Source: Verrucomicrobiota bacterium (GTDB lineage Bacteria; Verrucomicrobiota; Kiritimatiellia; RFP12; UBA1067). From it: a stretch of DNA of 64,000 bases. The translations under genes were made by a program, and so were the position numbers. The notes under the pieces are model-generated. The model saw only the letters and a program-made list of their open reading frames with translations, was not told the DNA's origin and made no database searches. Location of the stretch: NCBI GenBank assembly GCA_050874585.1, contig JBNMKZ010000005.1, positions 4,199 through 68,198 of the forward strand. The letters run 5' to 3'. Each line of letters begins with the position of its first letter. Position 1 is the first letter of the stretch. Of the stretch, positions 38,492-50,663 are shown in pieces.

Positions 38492-38971
38492 TTAGGCGAG
38501 ATTCTTCGCTTCGTTGCACTTCATGCAACGGCCGAGAATTTCCTTCTCGTTGAGGGCCGCAATCGCCGCCTCGGCCTCAGCCCGATTGGGCATCTGAACG
38601 AAGCCAAAACCTTTCGAACGATTGTTGTAGCGGTTCGTGACAATCCGCACAGCGTTCACACGCCCAAACTTCTCAAATTCCTTGCGGAGCTGGTCATCGG
38701 TCAGTTCGTAGCTCAAGTTGCCGACATAGATCTCAACGCTGCCATCCGCAGGCGCAGGATGACGCTTCTCAAACTTCGGCTCGGCCTTGCGCACGGACGA
38801 CGAACGCCCGCGGCACGAACACCCGCCCTGCTTCTTCCCACAGGAATGAAATGCCAGGCACAGAATCTTGGCGACAACGATGCCGAGAATGAATGCGACA
38901 ACCGTCAGGGTGATGGCGGCACACTGGGTAGCACCCTTGAATAGGGCGAGGACTTCATTGATGCATTGCAT
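38492..38971 (-). CDS. RRM-domain RNA-binding protein with an N-terminal transmembrane helix and a Cys cluster
   Basis: RNP-2 IYVGNL and RNP-1 KGFGFVQM. N-terminal TM helix ITLTVVAFILGIVVAKILCLAF followed by CGKKQGGCSCRG. The C-terminus has CMKCNE. There is no in-frame ATG between M1 and the RRM. Confidence 0.6.
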   Translation of the reverse strand: MQCINEVLALFKGATQCAAITLTVVAFILGIVVAKILCLAFHSCGKKQGGCSCRGRSSSVRKAEPKFEKRHPAPADGSVEIYVGNLSYELTDDQLRKEFEKFGRVNAVRIVTNRYNNRSKGFGFVQMPNRAEAEAAIAALNEKEILGRCMKCNEAKNLA

Positions 38972-38999
38972 TATATACTCTACTCTCTTTCTTCTTTGG

Positions 39000-41009
<2,010 letters not shown>

Positions 41010-41062
41010 TCACAGCTCCAGTATACAATCCACCCAATCTCACTTTGTCAAGTGTCTCTATA

Positions 41063-41551
41063 TTATATCACATCCCGACCAGGCTGTGAAGTGGGGGTGC
41101 CTTTTTCCTCGTCATTCACGCTCCCATCAGGCTCAACACCCCGCCTCAAATGACGGGCGATGCGGCCAAGCGCCTCAAGCCCAACAAGCGACAGAAGCGT
41201 CGTCGCAACGGCAACCGCATATAATCCCGCCGCGACGGCCATGCCGATTCCCGCCGACACCCAAATGCCAGCCGCCGTCGTCAGCCCGTGGACGGCATGC
41301 TTCTGAACAAGGATCGCCCCCGCGCCGAGAAAACCGATTCCGCTGACGATTTGCGCGGCGACCCGCGACGGATCGCCCTCCCCATTGAACCCGTAGCGCG
41401 AAACGATGACCATCAGGGCCGCCCCAAGGGCAACCAGAAGATGCGTCCTGACCCCGGCGACCTTCGCCCGGTATTCACGCTCAGCACCAATCACCCCAGC
41501 CAAGAGCCCCGCCACAACAAGACGAACAATCAATTCCAATGTATCTGGCAT
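41063..41551 (-). CDS. MgtC/SapB-family membrane protein
   Basis: ..GAEREYRAK.AGVRTH.LV..G.AL... motif and 4-5 TM helices. 162 aa. Confidence 0.7.
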   Translation of the reverse strand: MPDTLELIVRLVVAGLLAGVIGAEREYRAKVAGVRTHLLVALGAALMVIVSRYGFNGEGDPSRVAAQIVSGIGFLGAGAILVQKHAVHGLTTAAGIWVSAGIGMAVAAGLYAVAVATTLLSLVGLEALGRIARHLRRGVEPDGSVNDEEKGTPTSQPGRDVI

Positions 41552-41656
41552 TCCAAAGTCCTTTCTTCAAACAACTATTCCGTATTATAGCAGAAAAAGG
41601 CCCGGAGCTAAAATGCTCCGGGCCTGTGGGGAGTGAAATCCATTTCAGTTGCGGTA

Positions 41657-42523
41657 TCAGAAGGCCGCCGAGGCATCGTTCACACGCTGTGCACGCTTTT
41701 CTACTGCGGCCTTGCGTGCCTCCACACGGAGTTCTTCATACTCATTTGCCGCCTCACCAAGCATCGCCTCGTCCCAGGCGACAAGGGCCGTTTCATAGTC
41801 CGGCAGAGCCTTCGCCAGGCAAACTTTCACAAACCGGCCGCCACCGATGTCAAAGATGTACATCGGACGCGTGAAACTGGCCAACCGTGCCCAAGTCCCG
41901 TAGCGCTTTTCAAGGGCCTCAATCAGGTAATGACGCTTCCACTGGGCGCAAGGGTCGATGGCATTCCGCGCACAGGCCATCACCTTAACAATGCGATGTG
42001 TCTTCGGCGTGACGTAGACATAGTAGTCATCGAAGTCCGCCAGGGGCTTCTTCGGCTCAAAGGTGGCCCTCACGAGGGCCGGCTCAGCAGAATCCTGAAC
42101 GAAATTCTGAGCCTCGAACTCTTCGCCAAACGTCAGACCCATGAAGGAGTCGGCCGCCGCGTCCGCAGCCGAATCGGTCACATTCGCGCAATCGTCCGCC
42201 GGGCGTGCAACGCGCCCCGACTCGTCAATCGAGTAACTCTGCGAATATTCGCTCGTGGCGTTGACAAGCACCTTTCCATCCGAATCCATCGTCGTACGCG
42301 TTTCGCGGCGATGTTCGGTCACCATATTCCCGTTCGTCGTCACCGTTGATTCGATGAAGCGACGCGAAACCGAACCGTTCTCGTTCGTCGTCACCGTCGT
42401 CTCGGAATTCTTCGCAGACATATCCTTGCGCTCACCCGCGCAAATCGTCCCGACGATTCCGAGCGCGGCAAGAACGCAGCAGACACCTGCTGCAACTCGC
42501 ACCGCCATGTTTCCGACCTTCAT
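41657..42523 (-). CDS. Hypothetical secreted protein or lipoprotein
   Basis: N-terminal signal (AAGVCCVLAALGIVGTICAG). T/N-rich imperfect repeats (TTVTTNENGSVSRRFIESTVTTNGNMVT). No recognisable domain. Confidence 0.4.
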   Translation of the reverse strand: MKVGNMAVRVAAGVCCVLAALGIVGTICAGERKDMSAKNSETTVTTNENGSVSRRFIESTVTTNGNMVTEHRRETRTTMDSDGKVLVNATSEYSQSYSIDESGRVARPADDCANVTDSAADAAADSFMGLTFGEEFEAQNFVQDSAEPALVRATFEPKKPLADFDDYYVYVTPKTHRIVKVMACARNAIDPCAQWKRHYLIEALEKRYGTWARLASFTRPMYIFDIGGGRFVKVCLAKALPDYETALVAWDEAMLGEAANEYEELRVEARKAAVEKRAQRVNDASAAF

Positions 42524-42627
42524 CCTAACGCCTCAAAATCCTTTCCGTCCCGGTGGAAGGGCCAACCTTCCCTTCCCTCCCGGAACGCCGCCATTTTACC
42601 AAATCGACATTAACGGAAGATTAAGGA

Positions 42628-42662
42628 AAAAAAGAAAGCCGCGGCAGAATCCGCCGCGGCTT
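42628..42662 (-). terminator. Rho-independent terminator immediately after rplL
   Basis: On the minus strand, AAGCCGCGGC-GGATTCT-GCCGCGGCTT followed by TCTTTTTTTCC. It lies 25 nt past the rplL stop. Confidence 0.85.
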
Positions 42663-42683
42663 CCCTTCATCCGACAAGTCGAA

Positions 42684-43049
42684 TTACTTGATCTCAACTT
42701 CGGCACCAGCCTTGGTGAGCTGCTCCTTGATCTTCTCGGCGTCTTCCTTGGAAGCGCCTTCCTTGACCGTCTTCGGAGCGCCGTCGACGAGGTCCTTCGC
42801 GTCCTTGAGGCCGAGGCCCGTAATCGCGCGGATTTCCTTGATGACCGCAATCTTGTTCGCACCAGCCGCCTTGAGGACGACATCGAACTCGGTCTTCTCT
42901 TCAGCTGCGGCAGCACCGGCGGCAGGGCCAGCGACGGCAACAGCGGCAGCGGCGGAAACGCCCCACGCCTCTTCGAGAGCCTTCACGAGGTCATTGATTT
43001 CGAGAACCGTCTTGCCCGACAGCTCCTTGATGATTTCTTCGTTCGTCAT
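42684..43049 (-). CDS. rplL: 50S ribosomal protein L7/L12
   Basis: [33 protein letters not shown]... and C-terminal ..[26 protein letters not shown]. Confidence 0.9.
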   Translation of the reverse strand: MTNEEIIKELSGKTVLEINDLVKALEEAWGVSAAAAVAVAGPAAGAAAAEEKTEFDVVLKAAGANKIAVIKEIRAITGLGLKDAKDLVDGAPKTVKEGASKEDAEKIKEQLTKAGAEVEIK

Positions 43050-43154
43050 TTTCTTTCTTTCCTTTTTTTCAACCGGCCGCGTGTTTCATCGTCCGGGGTG
43101 CCGCCCTATCTTTCGGTTTCCCTATCGTTCAGGCGGCTTTTACAAATCCATCCG

Positions 43155-43673
43155 TTAGGCCGCAGGGGTCGCTTCCGGAGCGGCCTCGCCACCTTCCTTC
43201 TTCGCCTTCTCGGAGAGCACACGGGCGAGACGCGTCGCAGGCTCCTTGAGGAGCATGAGCAACGTCGCACGGAGCTGATCCTTGCCAGGAACCTTCGAGA
43301 GAGCCTCGACCATCGCCGCATCGACAATCTTGTTGTCGTAGTCGGCGCCCTTGACCGAAGCCTTGCCAGCCGAAGCCTTCACGAACTCCATGATGGCCTT
43401 CGCCACGGCGGTCGGCTCACCCTTGCCGGTGACGACGGCCGTCGGACCCGCGAACATCGCGTTGACCTCTTCGCTCCAGCCCTTCTCCTTGGCGACCTTC
43501 GCGAGGAAGGTGTTCTTCACGACCAGAAGACGGCTGTCGAGCTTACGGAGATCCGCACGGAGCTTCGAAAACTTGGCGACATCCACGCCACCGTGGTTGA
43601 TGATGAAGCAGTAGTCCGAATCCTTGACGCGGGAGACGACTTCATCGAGAATGGCAACCTTTTCAATTCTCAT
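43155..43673 (-). CDS. rplJ: 50S ribosomal protein L10
   Basis: 172 aa with an L10 pattern (..VVKNTFLAKVAKE..). It lies between rplA and rplL. Confidence 0.85.
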   Translation of the reverse strand: MRIEKVAILDEVVSRVKDSDYCFIINHGGVDVAKFSKLRADLRKLDSRLLVVKNTFLAKVAKEKGWSEEVNAMFAGPTAVVTGKGEPTAVAKAIMEFVKASAGKASVKGADYDNKIVDAAMVEALSKVPGKDQLRATLLMLLKEPATRLARVLSEKAKKEGGEAAPEATPAA

Positions 43674-43688
43674 TTTCGATTACCTCCT

Positions 43689-44381
43689 TTATTCGGCATC
43701 CGCCGAGACGATCACAGGAACGCCAACGCCCATCGTGGAGGCGATAGTCATGGACTTGATGAAGACGCCCTTCACCGTAGCCGGCTTGGCCGACTGGACG
43801 GCGGAGACAATGGCCTTGATGTTGCCAACAAGTGCCGCGTCCTCGAAGCTGCGCTTTCCGGCGATGACCGCGAGGTTGCCGGTCTTGTCCATACGGAAAT
43901 CGACCTTGCCACCCTTGGCTTCCTTCACCGCCGTCGCCGTATCGTCCGTCACCGTACCCGTCTTCGGGTTCGGCATCAGGCCGCGCGGGCCGAGGATACG
44001 AGCGCACTTGCGGACTTCCTTCATCGCCTCAACCGTCGCAATCGCGACGTCGAAATCGCACCAGCCCTCTTTCGTGACCTTCTCGATCAGGTCCGCCAGG
44101 CCGACGAAATCAGCGCCCGCCGCACGAGCCGCCTCGGCGGCATCGCCACCGGCGAACACGGCAACCTTGACCTGCTTGCCCGAACCGTTGGGGAGCTTGA
44201 CCGTGCCGCGCACAGCCGTATCGCCCTTCGTGAGCTCCTTGCCGAGGTGGAAGTAGACGTCAATCGTCTCGTCGAACTTCGCGCCCGGGTTCGCCTTCAC
44301 GAACTTGACGGCCTCATCAAGGCTAACCGCCTTCTTCGGGGCCTTCTTCAGAGCGTTGAAATACTTCTTGCCGTGCTTCAT
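43689..44381 (-). CDS. rplA: 50S ribosomal protein L1
   Basis: [13 protein letters not shown].. and ..[25 protein letters not shown].. Confidence 0.9.
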   Translation of the reverse strand: MKHGKKYFNALKKAPKKAVSLDEAVKFVKANPGAKFDETIDVYFHLGKELTKGDTAVRGTVKLPNGSGKQVKVAVFAGGDAAEAARAAGADFVGLADLIEKVTKEGWCDFDVAIATVEAMKEVRKCARILGPRGLMPNPKTGTVTDDTATAVKEAKGGKVDFRMDKTGNLAVIAGKRSFEDAALVGNIKAIVSAVQSAKPATVKGVFIKSMTIASTMGVGVPVIVSADAE

Positions 44382-44803
44382 TCAACCACCTCGATTCCCA
44401 TGTTGCGCGCCGTGCCTGCAATCATCTTGACCGCCTGCTCCGGATCGTCCGTGTTGAGGTCGGCCTTCTTCATCTCGACAATCTTGAGAAGCTGGGCCTT
44501 GGTGACCTTGCCAACCTTGTTCTTGTTGGGAACGCCGCTACCCTTGGCAAGTCCCGCCTCTTTCTTGAGGAGGACGGACGCCGGCGGCGACTTGAACTGA
44601 AGCGAGAAGCTACGATCCTGATAAACCGTGATAATCACGGGGATCACGAGACCGGAATCCTTCGCGGTCTTAGCATTGAACTCCTTGCAGAACTGCATGA
44701 TGTTGACACCAGCAGAACCGAGCGCGGGACCCACAGGAGGTGCGGGATTCGCCGCACCGGCCGGAATCTGGAGCTTAACCACGCCAGTAACCTTCTTGGC
44801 CAT
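44378..44803 (-). CDS. rplK: 50S ribosomal protein L11
   Basis: [42 protein letters not shown].. Confidence 0.9.
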   Translation of the reverse strand: MAKKVTGVVKLQIPAGAANPAPPVGPALGSAGVNIMQFCKEFNAKTAKDSGLVIPVIITVYQDRSFSLQFKSPPASVLLKKEAGLAKGSGVPNKNKVGKVTKAQLLKIVEMKKADLNTDDPEQAVKMIAGTARNMGIEVVE

Positions 44804-44876
44804 TTGCCTTTTCCTTCTATTCGTGCGGCTCCTCCCGGGGATCCATCCCGGTCAAGCGGACCGCAAAACCTACCGA

Positions 44877-45485
44877 TTATGCCTTGACCGGCTCAAAGGT
44901 CTCCTCAACGGCAACCTTCTCAACCTGCCAATACTCGGCGTCGACCTGGACCTTGCGGTTGAAGATCGAAACCTCAACCTTGAGTTTGCCCTTGTCGGGA
45001 TCCACCATTGTAACCTGGCCCGTCAAACCCATGAACGCGCCATCGGTAATCTTCACCGTCTCATCAACGCTGAAAGTAACTTTCGGACGGCTCACCTCGC
45101 CCGCGCCTGCCGGCCGATCGAGGAGGATTGCGTCCACTTCGCTTTTCTTCAGCGGCGCCGGGCGCTCGCCACCCACGAACCCAATGACACCGGGGGTCTC
45201 GCGGAGGAACTGCCACGTACGCGCATAAATCGCCTTGCGTCCGTTTTCATCAACGCCCTTGGCCTCATCATAGAGGGCGAGCTCGCAGAGAAGATAGCCT
45301 GGGAAGACCTTCTTCGTCATCGTGTGCTTCTTCCCATTCTTCTTCTCGGTCACGCGCTCCGTCGGAACGACACAGCGGCCGACGAAGTCTTCCATCCGCT
45401 CAATCTTGATTCGATTGACGATTGACTTCTGGGCCTTATTCTCCTGTCCCGTCAGCGTATGCAGAACGAACCACTGCTTCTCCAT
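44877..45485 (-). CDS. nusG: Transcription termination/antitermination factor NusG
   Basis: MEKQWFVLHTLTGQENK.. (NGN domain) and a C-terminal KOW (..GQVTMVDPDKGKLKVEVSIFNRKVQVD..). Confidence 0.9.
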   Translation of the reverse strand: MEKQWFVLHTLTGQENKAQKSIVNRIKIERMEDFVGRCVVPTERVTEKKNGKKHTMTKKVFPGYLLCELALYDEAKGVDENGRKAIYARTWQFLRETPGVIGFVGGERPAPLKKSEVDAILLDRPAGAGEVSRPKVTFSVDETVKITDGAFMGLTGQVTMVDPDKGKLKVEVSIFNRKVQVDAEYWQVEKVAVEETFEPVKA

Positions 45486-45499
45486 TGCCAGAATCTCCC

Positions 45500-45703
45500 T
45501 TACGCCCCTGCGTGAACAATTTTGATGAAGAACTCAATCACCTTGTCGCAGACAAGCGTCGTCGCCGCAAGAATGAAAATGAAAGAAATGACGACCAGCG
45601 TGGACTCCCAGAGTTCACGCTTCTGCGGCCAAGTCACACGCTTCGCTTCAGCCGAAACGCCGCCGAGATACTCCTTCGCCTTCTTAAAGAAACTCATTTC
45701 CAT
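45500..45703 (-). CDS. secE: Preprotein translocase subunit SecE
   Basis: 67 aa with ..EAKRVTWPQKRELWESTLVVISFIFILAATTL.. (single TM). It sits in the conserved position before nusG. Confidence 0.8.
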   Translation of the reverse strand: MEMSFFKKAKEYLGGVSAEAKRVTWPQKRELWESTLVVISFIFILAATTLVCDKVIEFFIKIVHAGA

Positions 45704-45710
45704 TCTCCGG

Positions 45711-45784
45711 TTGGCAGGGTAGGAGGGAATCGAACCCCCATAGGCGGTTTTGGAGACCGCTGCACTGCCATTGTGCTACTACCC
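45711..45784 (-). tRNA. tRNA-Trp (anticodon CCA)
   Basis: AGGGTAGTAGCACAATGGCAGTGCAGCGGTCTCCAAAACCGC..GGTTCGATTCCCTCCTACCCTGCCA. The anticodon loop is CTCCAAA. It is in the canonical position between rpmG and secE. Confidence 0.85.
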
Positions 45785-45795
45785 TATGAAATGCA

Positions 45796-45945
45796 TTTAC
45801 TTCGTCTCTTTGTGAGTCGTGCGCTTACGGCAATGCGGGCAGAACTTCACCTTCTCAAGACGCTCGGTCATCGTCTTCTTGTTCCGGGTCGTCGTATAGT
45901 TGCGGTTCTTGCACTCACTGCAAGCCAAAATCGCGAGATCACGCA
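45796..45945 (-). CDS. rpmG: 50S ribosomal protein L33
   Basis: Hand-translated 49 aa: [49 protein letters not shown], with a Cys4 zinc ribbon. It is below the 60-aa ORF-track cut-off. Confidence 0.8.
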
Positions 45946-46055
45946 TTTTCTTTTTCCTTCAGTATTCGTGTGAGGACTGAGCCCGCCCGCCGCCCCGGTC
46001 GGCCACTTCCGGCCGGACCTGACGGGCAGGCATCCCACAGAAGACTTGCTTGTGA

Positions 46056-47267
46056 TTACTTGATCACCTTCGAAACCGTGCCGGCGCCGACCGTGCGGCC
46101 ACCTTCGCGGATAGCGAAGCGCATCTTCTCCTCAAGAGCAACCGGAGCGATCAGCTTCACGGTGATCTCGACATTGTCACCAGGCATCACCATCTCCACG
46201 CCTTCGGGGAGCTGGATGTCGCCCGTCACGTCCGTCGTGCGGATGTAGAACTGGGGACGATAGCCCTTCATGAACGCGGTGTGACGGCCACCCTCTTCCT
46301 TCGTGAGGACGTAGACCTGACCCGAGAACTCGGTGTGCGGGGTGATGGAACCCGGCTTCGCGAGAACCTGACCACGGGCAACGTCTTCCTTCTTCGTGCC
46401 GCGGAGAAGCGTACCGATGTTGTCGCCAGCCTGACCCTGATCGAGGAGCTTGCGGAACATCTCAACGCCCGTGACGGCCGTCTTCTGCGTCGGCTTGAGA
46501 CCGACGATTTCGACATCGTCACCAACCTTGACAACGCCACGCTCAACACGGCCGGTGACGACCGTACCACGACCTTCGATCGAGAAGATGTCCTCAATCG
46601 GCATCAGGAAGGGCTTGTCGAGTTCACGCTGGGGCTCAGGGATGTAGGTATCGAGAGCGTTCATGAGCTCGTCGATGCACTTGCAAGCCGGATCGTCCTT
46701 GCTCGTCGCCTGGGTGGCCGGATAGGCCGCGCCGCGAATCACAGGGGCATTGTCGCCATCGTAGTCGTACTTGGAAAGGAGCTCACGAACCTCCATCTCG
46801 ACGAGGTCGAGCATCTCGGGATCGTCAACGAGGTCGCACTTGTTGAGGAAGACGACAATCTTCGGAACGCCGACCTGACGGGCGAGCAGCACGTGCTCAC
46901 GGGTCTGCGGCATCGGGCCGTCAACGGCCGAGACGACGAGAATCGCGCCATCCATCTGCGCCGCGCCGGTAATCATGTTCTTGACGTAGTCGGCGTGGCC
47001 GGGGCAGTCGACGTGCGCATAGTGACGGTTCTCGGTCGAATACTCGACGTGCGAGGACGCAATCGTCAGAATCTTGGTCGCGTCACGACGGCCGGCGGAC
47101 TCGGATGCCTTGGCGACCTGGTCGTACTTGATCTCTTCGCAGAGGCCCTTGAGGGACTGGACGTGCGTAATGGCGGCCGTAAGAGTGGTCTTACCGTGGT
47201 CGACGTGGCCGATGGTGCCGACGTTCACGTGCGGCTTTCCGCCGCGTTCGAATGTTTCCTTAGCCAT
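46056..47267 (-). CDS. tuf: Elongation factor Tu
   Basis: [32 protein letters not shown].., ..DCPGHADY.. and ..NKCD... The ATG is at 47265-47267, and the upstream extension is not real. Confidence 0.92.
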   Translation of the reverse strand: MAKETFERGGKPHVNVGTIGHVDHGKTTLTAAITHVQSLKGLCEEIKYDQVAKASESAGRRDATKILTIASSHVEYSTENRHYAHVDCPGHADYVKNMITGAAQMDGAILVVSAVDGPMPQTREHVLLARQVGVPKIVVFLNKCDLVDDPEMLDLVEMEVRELLSKYDYDGDNAPVIRGAAYPATQATSKDDPACKCIDELMNALDTYIPEPQRELDKPFLMPIEDIFSIEGRGTVVTGRVERGVVKVGDDVEIVGLKPTQKTAVTGVEMFRKLLDQGQAGDNIGTLLRGTKKEDVARGQVLAKPGSITPHTEFSGQVYVLTKEEGGRHTAFMKGYRPQFYIRTTDVTGDIQLPEGVEMVMPGDNVEITVKLIAPVALEEKMRFAIREGGRTVGAGTVSKVIK

Positions 47268-47319
47268 TTTCTTGACTCCTGTGAGTTGTTTCTTGTCTTC
47301 TATCTTTCTCCTTCCCAAA

Positions 47320-47395
<76 letters not shown>

Positions 47396-47419
47396 CTCTT
47401 TCGGGTTGGAAACTCGGAT

Positions 47420-47449
47420 AGTATACCAAATTTACACCCCGAAATGCAA
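47420..47449 (-). promoter_or_regulatory. Sigma70-like promoter for tRNA-Thr-tuf: TTGCAT-N18-TATACT
   Basis: On the minus strand, TTGCAT is the reverse complement of 47444-47449 and TATACT of 47420-47425. This is about 20 nt upstream of the tRNA-Thr 5' end. Confidence 0.5.
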
Positions 47450-47614
47450 GGGGATGTCGAATATTTTGCTATCCGCCCAAAAATGTCACTTTCTTTCGCA
47501 AATTATGGATTAGCCGCAGGCGTTCAACTCTCCAACGAAACGGCCGCTCCCATTTCGCGGCAAAACCACGCGGGATTCCCGTCACCGGCGCGCCCCGTCC
47601 GTCCGCCGTCCGCG

Positions 47615-49885
47615 TCAGTTTCGAATGTAGGCGCGGAAGAACGCCCCATCCGCACCCCCCGGACTGCCGCGCCAGACGTACTCATCGCCATCCCGCGACA
47701 CGGATGCCGCAGCGAGCGGACGCCAGCCCGCCGACAAACTGCCGCTGCACTCGACCACAAGCCGCGAAACATCAGGCAAGTCGCCCGAAAAGCGTACGAC
47801 GGCAATCCCGTTCTCAACCGAAAACCCCCGTATGGAAAAGACGGACGACGCATCCGTCGGACTTGAACCCGCCAAATACTCCTGCCAGGCAACAAGCCCA
47901 TCCCCGTCCACATCCAGGTCGGGATTCCAGGCCAGCCCGTATCGGGCGTACCATGTGGACGGCACCTGTACGGCCAAAGCCGAGGCGGACGCGATTTTAA
48001 AGGCAGGCTCACCCTTCGTCAGAAGCAGGTCGTCCAACGCCACGTCGCCCTCGAATTCAATCTTCTCAAGGCTTCTCTTGCCCCCCTTGAGAGCCAAGGT
48101 TCCACACGGCTGTCCATCAATCCAGACGGAGCAAGTCGGCACCGATGCCGCGTAGTCGAAGTCCACCGCGATGCGCACCCACTCGTCCTCCTGAAAAATG
48201 CGCGGGGAGAGCGTTGTCCATCCGACCAATCCGTCCTCACCAACCCGGCCGAAGACGAGCCGCCCCTCCGGGCTGGCCACAATCGTCCCCTGGCCCACAT
48301 CATCCGTTGTGGGCCACTCCTCAAGCCGAACGACCTGCACCATCATGTCCACCTGCTGCCGCGTGGTGGACGCAACCGCCGGGCACTCCCGCTCGGCGGA
48401 ATCCCAGACCTTGAGGACACGCGTATGCGTCTCGCGTTGCATGGGATGGCCCGGGGGCGTTGCGGGCGAATAGTCCGCCGCGATTGTCACGCCCGCCCCG
48501 CGCCATCCGTCCAGTGCGGCGGCCTCGGTCCCGACGGGCTGCCGCTCAAACGAATCTGCCGCGAGCACCGGCGTTTCAGCCACCTCCGACTGGATGTTCC
48601 ACGTCAACTTGTCATCGTTCGAGACGACAAATGACATTGAAGGACCTTCTCCTTCCGAAGGCGAATGCGCGGGCAGACGCCACTGCACGCTTGTCGCCCG
48701 CATCGCCCCATTGTTCGTGTAGGACACCGGATCGATTCCATCCCCAAAGAGTGCCACGCTGACGCGGTCGCCCGTCAGGAAACGATAGTTCGAACCTTCC
48801 ACCGTCGCCCGCCCGAGGGCCGGCGTTCCGAAGTCCAGCGTCCGCACATCCAGCCCGGACAACACGAGCGGAATGAAGACGGAGTCCGTCTTCCCGTCGC
48901 CCGAATCCGTCAGCGTCAGAATTCCGCACTTGCCCTCGGCCAGCCGTGGACCGAGGCAAAGTCCCTCCACGTTCGACCAAAAAGTCTTGTGCTCACCCGG
49001 CCAAGCCGAAAAAAGATGAACTTTCTCCACGGCTTTCCAGTCGGATGCCACCCGCAGGCCATCCGTCAGGGACTGGACGTCCGTCGCCTGGGCCAACGCG
49101 GCAGGCGTGACCTGGTAGATGGAGAAGAAGAAGTCCGCCCTTAGAGCCGAACCGTCCTTTGAACTCAGTTCGCGCTCAAGTACCAGAAGCGAGCCGTCCG
49201 GCAGGGCGCACAAGTCCGAAACGCCGCGACGACTGTTGTTCCCGTAGGCCTTCGGATAATGCCACTTGTCTGTCGTGTAGGCATACATGGCCGCCAATTC
49301 CCACTGTGACCGAATCGTCCGCCGGGTGAACTTGACGAGCCGAACCGTCGTCCCGGCCGAGGGGGACGATCTCTCGCCGTCCACCGTGAGCGCCTCCTCG
49401 TTTGCCGTCCACATCGTCAGGCCATCTCCCGAAATCGTCAGCGACTCAAGACCGTAGTTGCTAACGTTCCTCATCATGACGGGCGGCAGTTCCAGCCGCT
49501 GAAGTGCCGCGCCGCCCGTTGGCGCAAATTCGAGAATTGCCCCCAGCCCCTCGTCGGCCACCCACAGGTTGCCACTCGCTGGATCGTAGGCAACGCCCTC
49601 AAGGTCGCCCGTGCCATTCAGGGGAATCCGCTCCCCAACGGAACAGCTGGCAATCGACAACCCGTCCGCCGCGAGTGCAATCGTCGCACGGTACAGGCCG
49701 CACTCGGCTCCATTATCCGCCACGACATAATAGTCGTCCCCGCCAGCATGGGTGATGCCGCTCAGGCCCCTCGGGGCATCGTCCGGCCGATTCTTGTATT
49801 TTCCGAATTCAAGCGCAAGATCCGCGAAGGCCGAAGCCGCCGCCAGCAGACAACTTGACACAATTAGGCCACTCATTCTTCTCAT
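47615..49885 (-). CDS. Secreted protein: phytase-like esterase / beta-propeller-type N-terminal region plus a C-terminal LamG-like region
   Basis: Signal MRRMSGLIVSSCLLAAASAFA. There are repeated ..GLEG.AYDP..G.LWVADEG.. / ..NYGLESLT.. blades. The start is ATG 49883-49885 or 49874-49876. Confidence 0.45.
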   Translation of the reverse strand: MRRMSGLIVSSCLLAAASAFADLALEFGKYKNRPDDAPRGLSGITHAGGDDYYVVADNGAECGLYRATIALAADGLSIASCSVGERIPLNGTGDLEGVAYDPASGNLWVADEGLGAILEFAPTGGAALQRLELPPVMMRNVSNYGLESLTISGDGLTMWTANEEALTVDGERSSPSAGTTVRLVKFTRRTIRSQWELAAMYAYTTDKWHYPKAYGNNSRRGVSDLCALPDGSLLVLERELSSKDGSALRADFFFSIYQVTPAALAQATDVQSLTDGLRVASDWKAVEKVHLFSAWPGEHKTFWSNVEGLCLGPRLAEGKCGILTLTDSGDGKTDSVFIPLVLSGLDVRTLDFGTPALGRATVEGSNYRFLTGDRVSVALFGDGIDPVSYTNNGAMRATSVQWRLPAHSPSEGEGPSMSFVVSNDDKLTWNIQSEVAETPVLAADSFERQPVGTEAAALDGWRGAGVTIAADYSPATPPGHPMQRETHTRVLKVWDSAERECPAVASTTRQQVDMMVQVVRLEEWPTTDDVGQGTIVASPEGRLVFGRVGEDGLVGWTTLSPRIFQEDEWVRIAVDFDYAASVPTCSVWIDGQPCGTLALKGGKRSLEKIEFEGDVALDDLLLTKGEPAFKIASASALAVQVPSTWYARYGLAWNPDLDVDGDGLVAWQEYLAGSSPTDASSVFSIRGFSVENGIAVVRFSGDLPDVSRLVVECSGSLSAGWRPLAAASVSRDGDEYVWRGSPGGADGAFFRAYIRN

Positions 49886-50115
49886 CTCGTTCCTTTCGCG
49901 TTCCCAACGGAATTCCGCCAGACAACGATTGCGCAAACTTGCCGAATATTATAGCCGATTCTCGTTTCCCCGACAATTGCAAATCTCACCGGGGAAAATG
50001 GCACGGGCGAAAGGCATCCGCTGGGCACCAGACAAGCATCCCCCGGCAAGGATGTCCGTTCTCGCCGCGAACGGCAAAAGGACGCACACAAAATCTGATG
50101 CCCATCGGAAGGAAA

Positions 50116-50197
50116 CTTACTCCTGAGTAACTTTGGACTTACTGGGCAGTAAGTTTGGATTTACTGCCCAGTAAGTCTTCGTCTGATGCGCATCAGA
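50116..50197. promoter_or_regulatory. Array of four palindromic operator-like sites spaced ~22 bp centre-to-centre
   Basis: CTTACTC-CT-GAGTAA (50116-50130), CTTACTG-GG-CAGTAAG (50138-50153), TTACTG-CCC-AGTAA (50161-50174) and TCTGATGC|GCATCAGA (50182-50197, perfect 16-mer). Confidence 0.5.
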
Positions 50198-50582
50198 ATC
50201 TTCCGGAATGCCGAGGACACCCTTCCGAGATGGTGAGCCGCACCTTTCCGCATGCCGAGGCGGCTTTTCCATCATGCCCGAAAGTGCCGCGCAAGACGGG
50301 CACGCGCAGAGTCTCCTTTGCCGAAAATAAACACATTTCGCCGCGATTCGAGCAGAATCACTCCTGTTCAACCGCCCGCGCAAGGGCCGTCCACGCCGCG
50401 TCCACGCGGCACTCCGAAAAGATTTTCAAGAATTTTCCGAAATGCACCCAACCTTTTTGCGGCTCCCCCTGTATTGGTAGTTGAAGACGGTGAAAGCCGG
50501 CTGCCGATGGATTGAGCGGACTACCTCACCGCTCCCCTCTCGGGAACAGTCCATCGGCGGCGACACTCCTCAGTTTTTTCAG

Positions 50583-50614
50583 CTCTTCCGCCCCCACGCG
50601 GAAGAGTTCTTTTA
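50583..50614 (+). terminator. Plus-strand-specific rho-independent terminator with no annotated plus-strand gene upstream
   Basis: CTCTTCCGC-CCCCAC-GCGGAAGAG followed by TTCTTTTA. On the minus strand the tail is A-rich, so it is not a terminator there. Confidence 0.5.
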
Positions 50615-50628
50615 TATATATAAGGAAA

Positions 50629-50663
50629 GAAGGATGCCCCAAAGGCATCCTTCTTCATTTTTG
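50629..50663. terminator. Bidirectional hairpin terminator 20 nt after the stop of the minus-strand pilin-like gene
   Basis: GAAGGATGCC-CCAAA-GGCATCCTTC, with TTCATTTTTG on the plus side and TTTCCTTATAT on the minus side. Confidence 0.6.

Noticed and set aside
43050-43154. An L10 or rplJ autoregulatory leader in the rplJ-rplL spacer or upstream of rplJ
   Set aside because: Only 15 nt separate rplA and rplJ. The 105-nt rplJ-rplL spacer showed no structure I could assign with confidence.
42255-44600. 781-aa plus-strand ORF across the ribosomal protein cluster
   Set aside because: It is antisense to rplL/rplJ/rplA/rplK, which have unmistakable ribosomal-protein sequences. It is a spurious high-GC frame.
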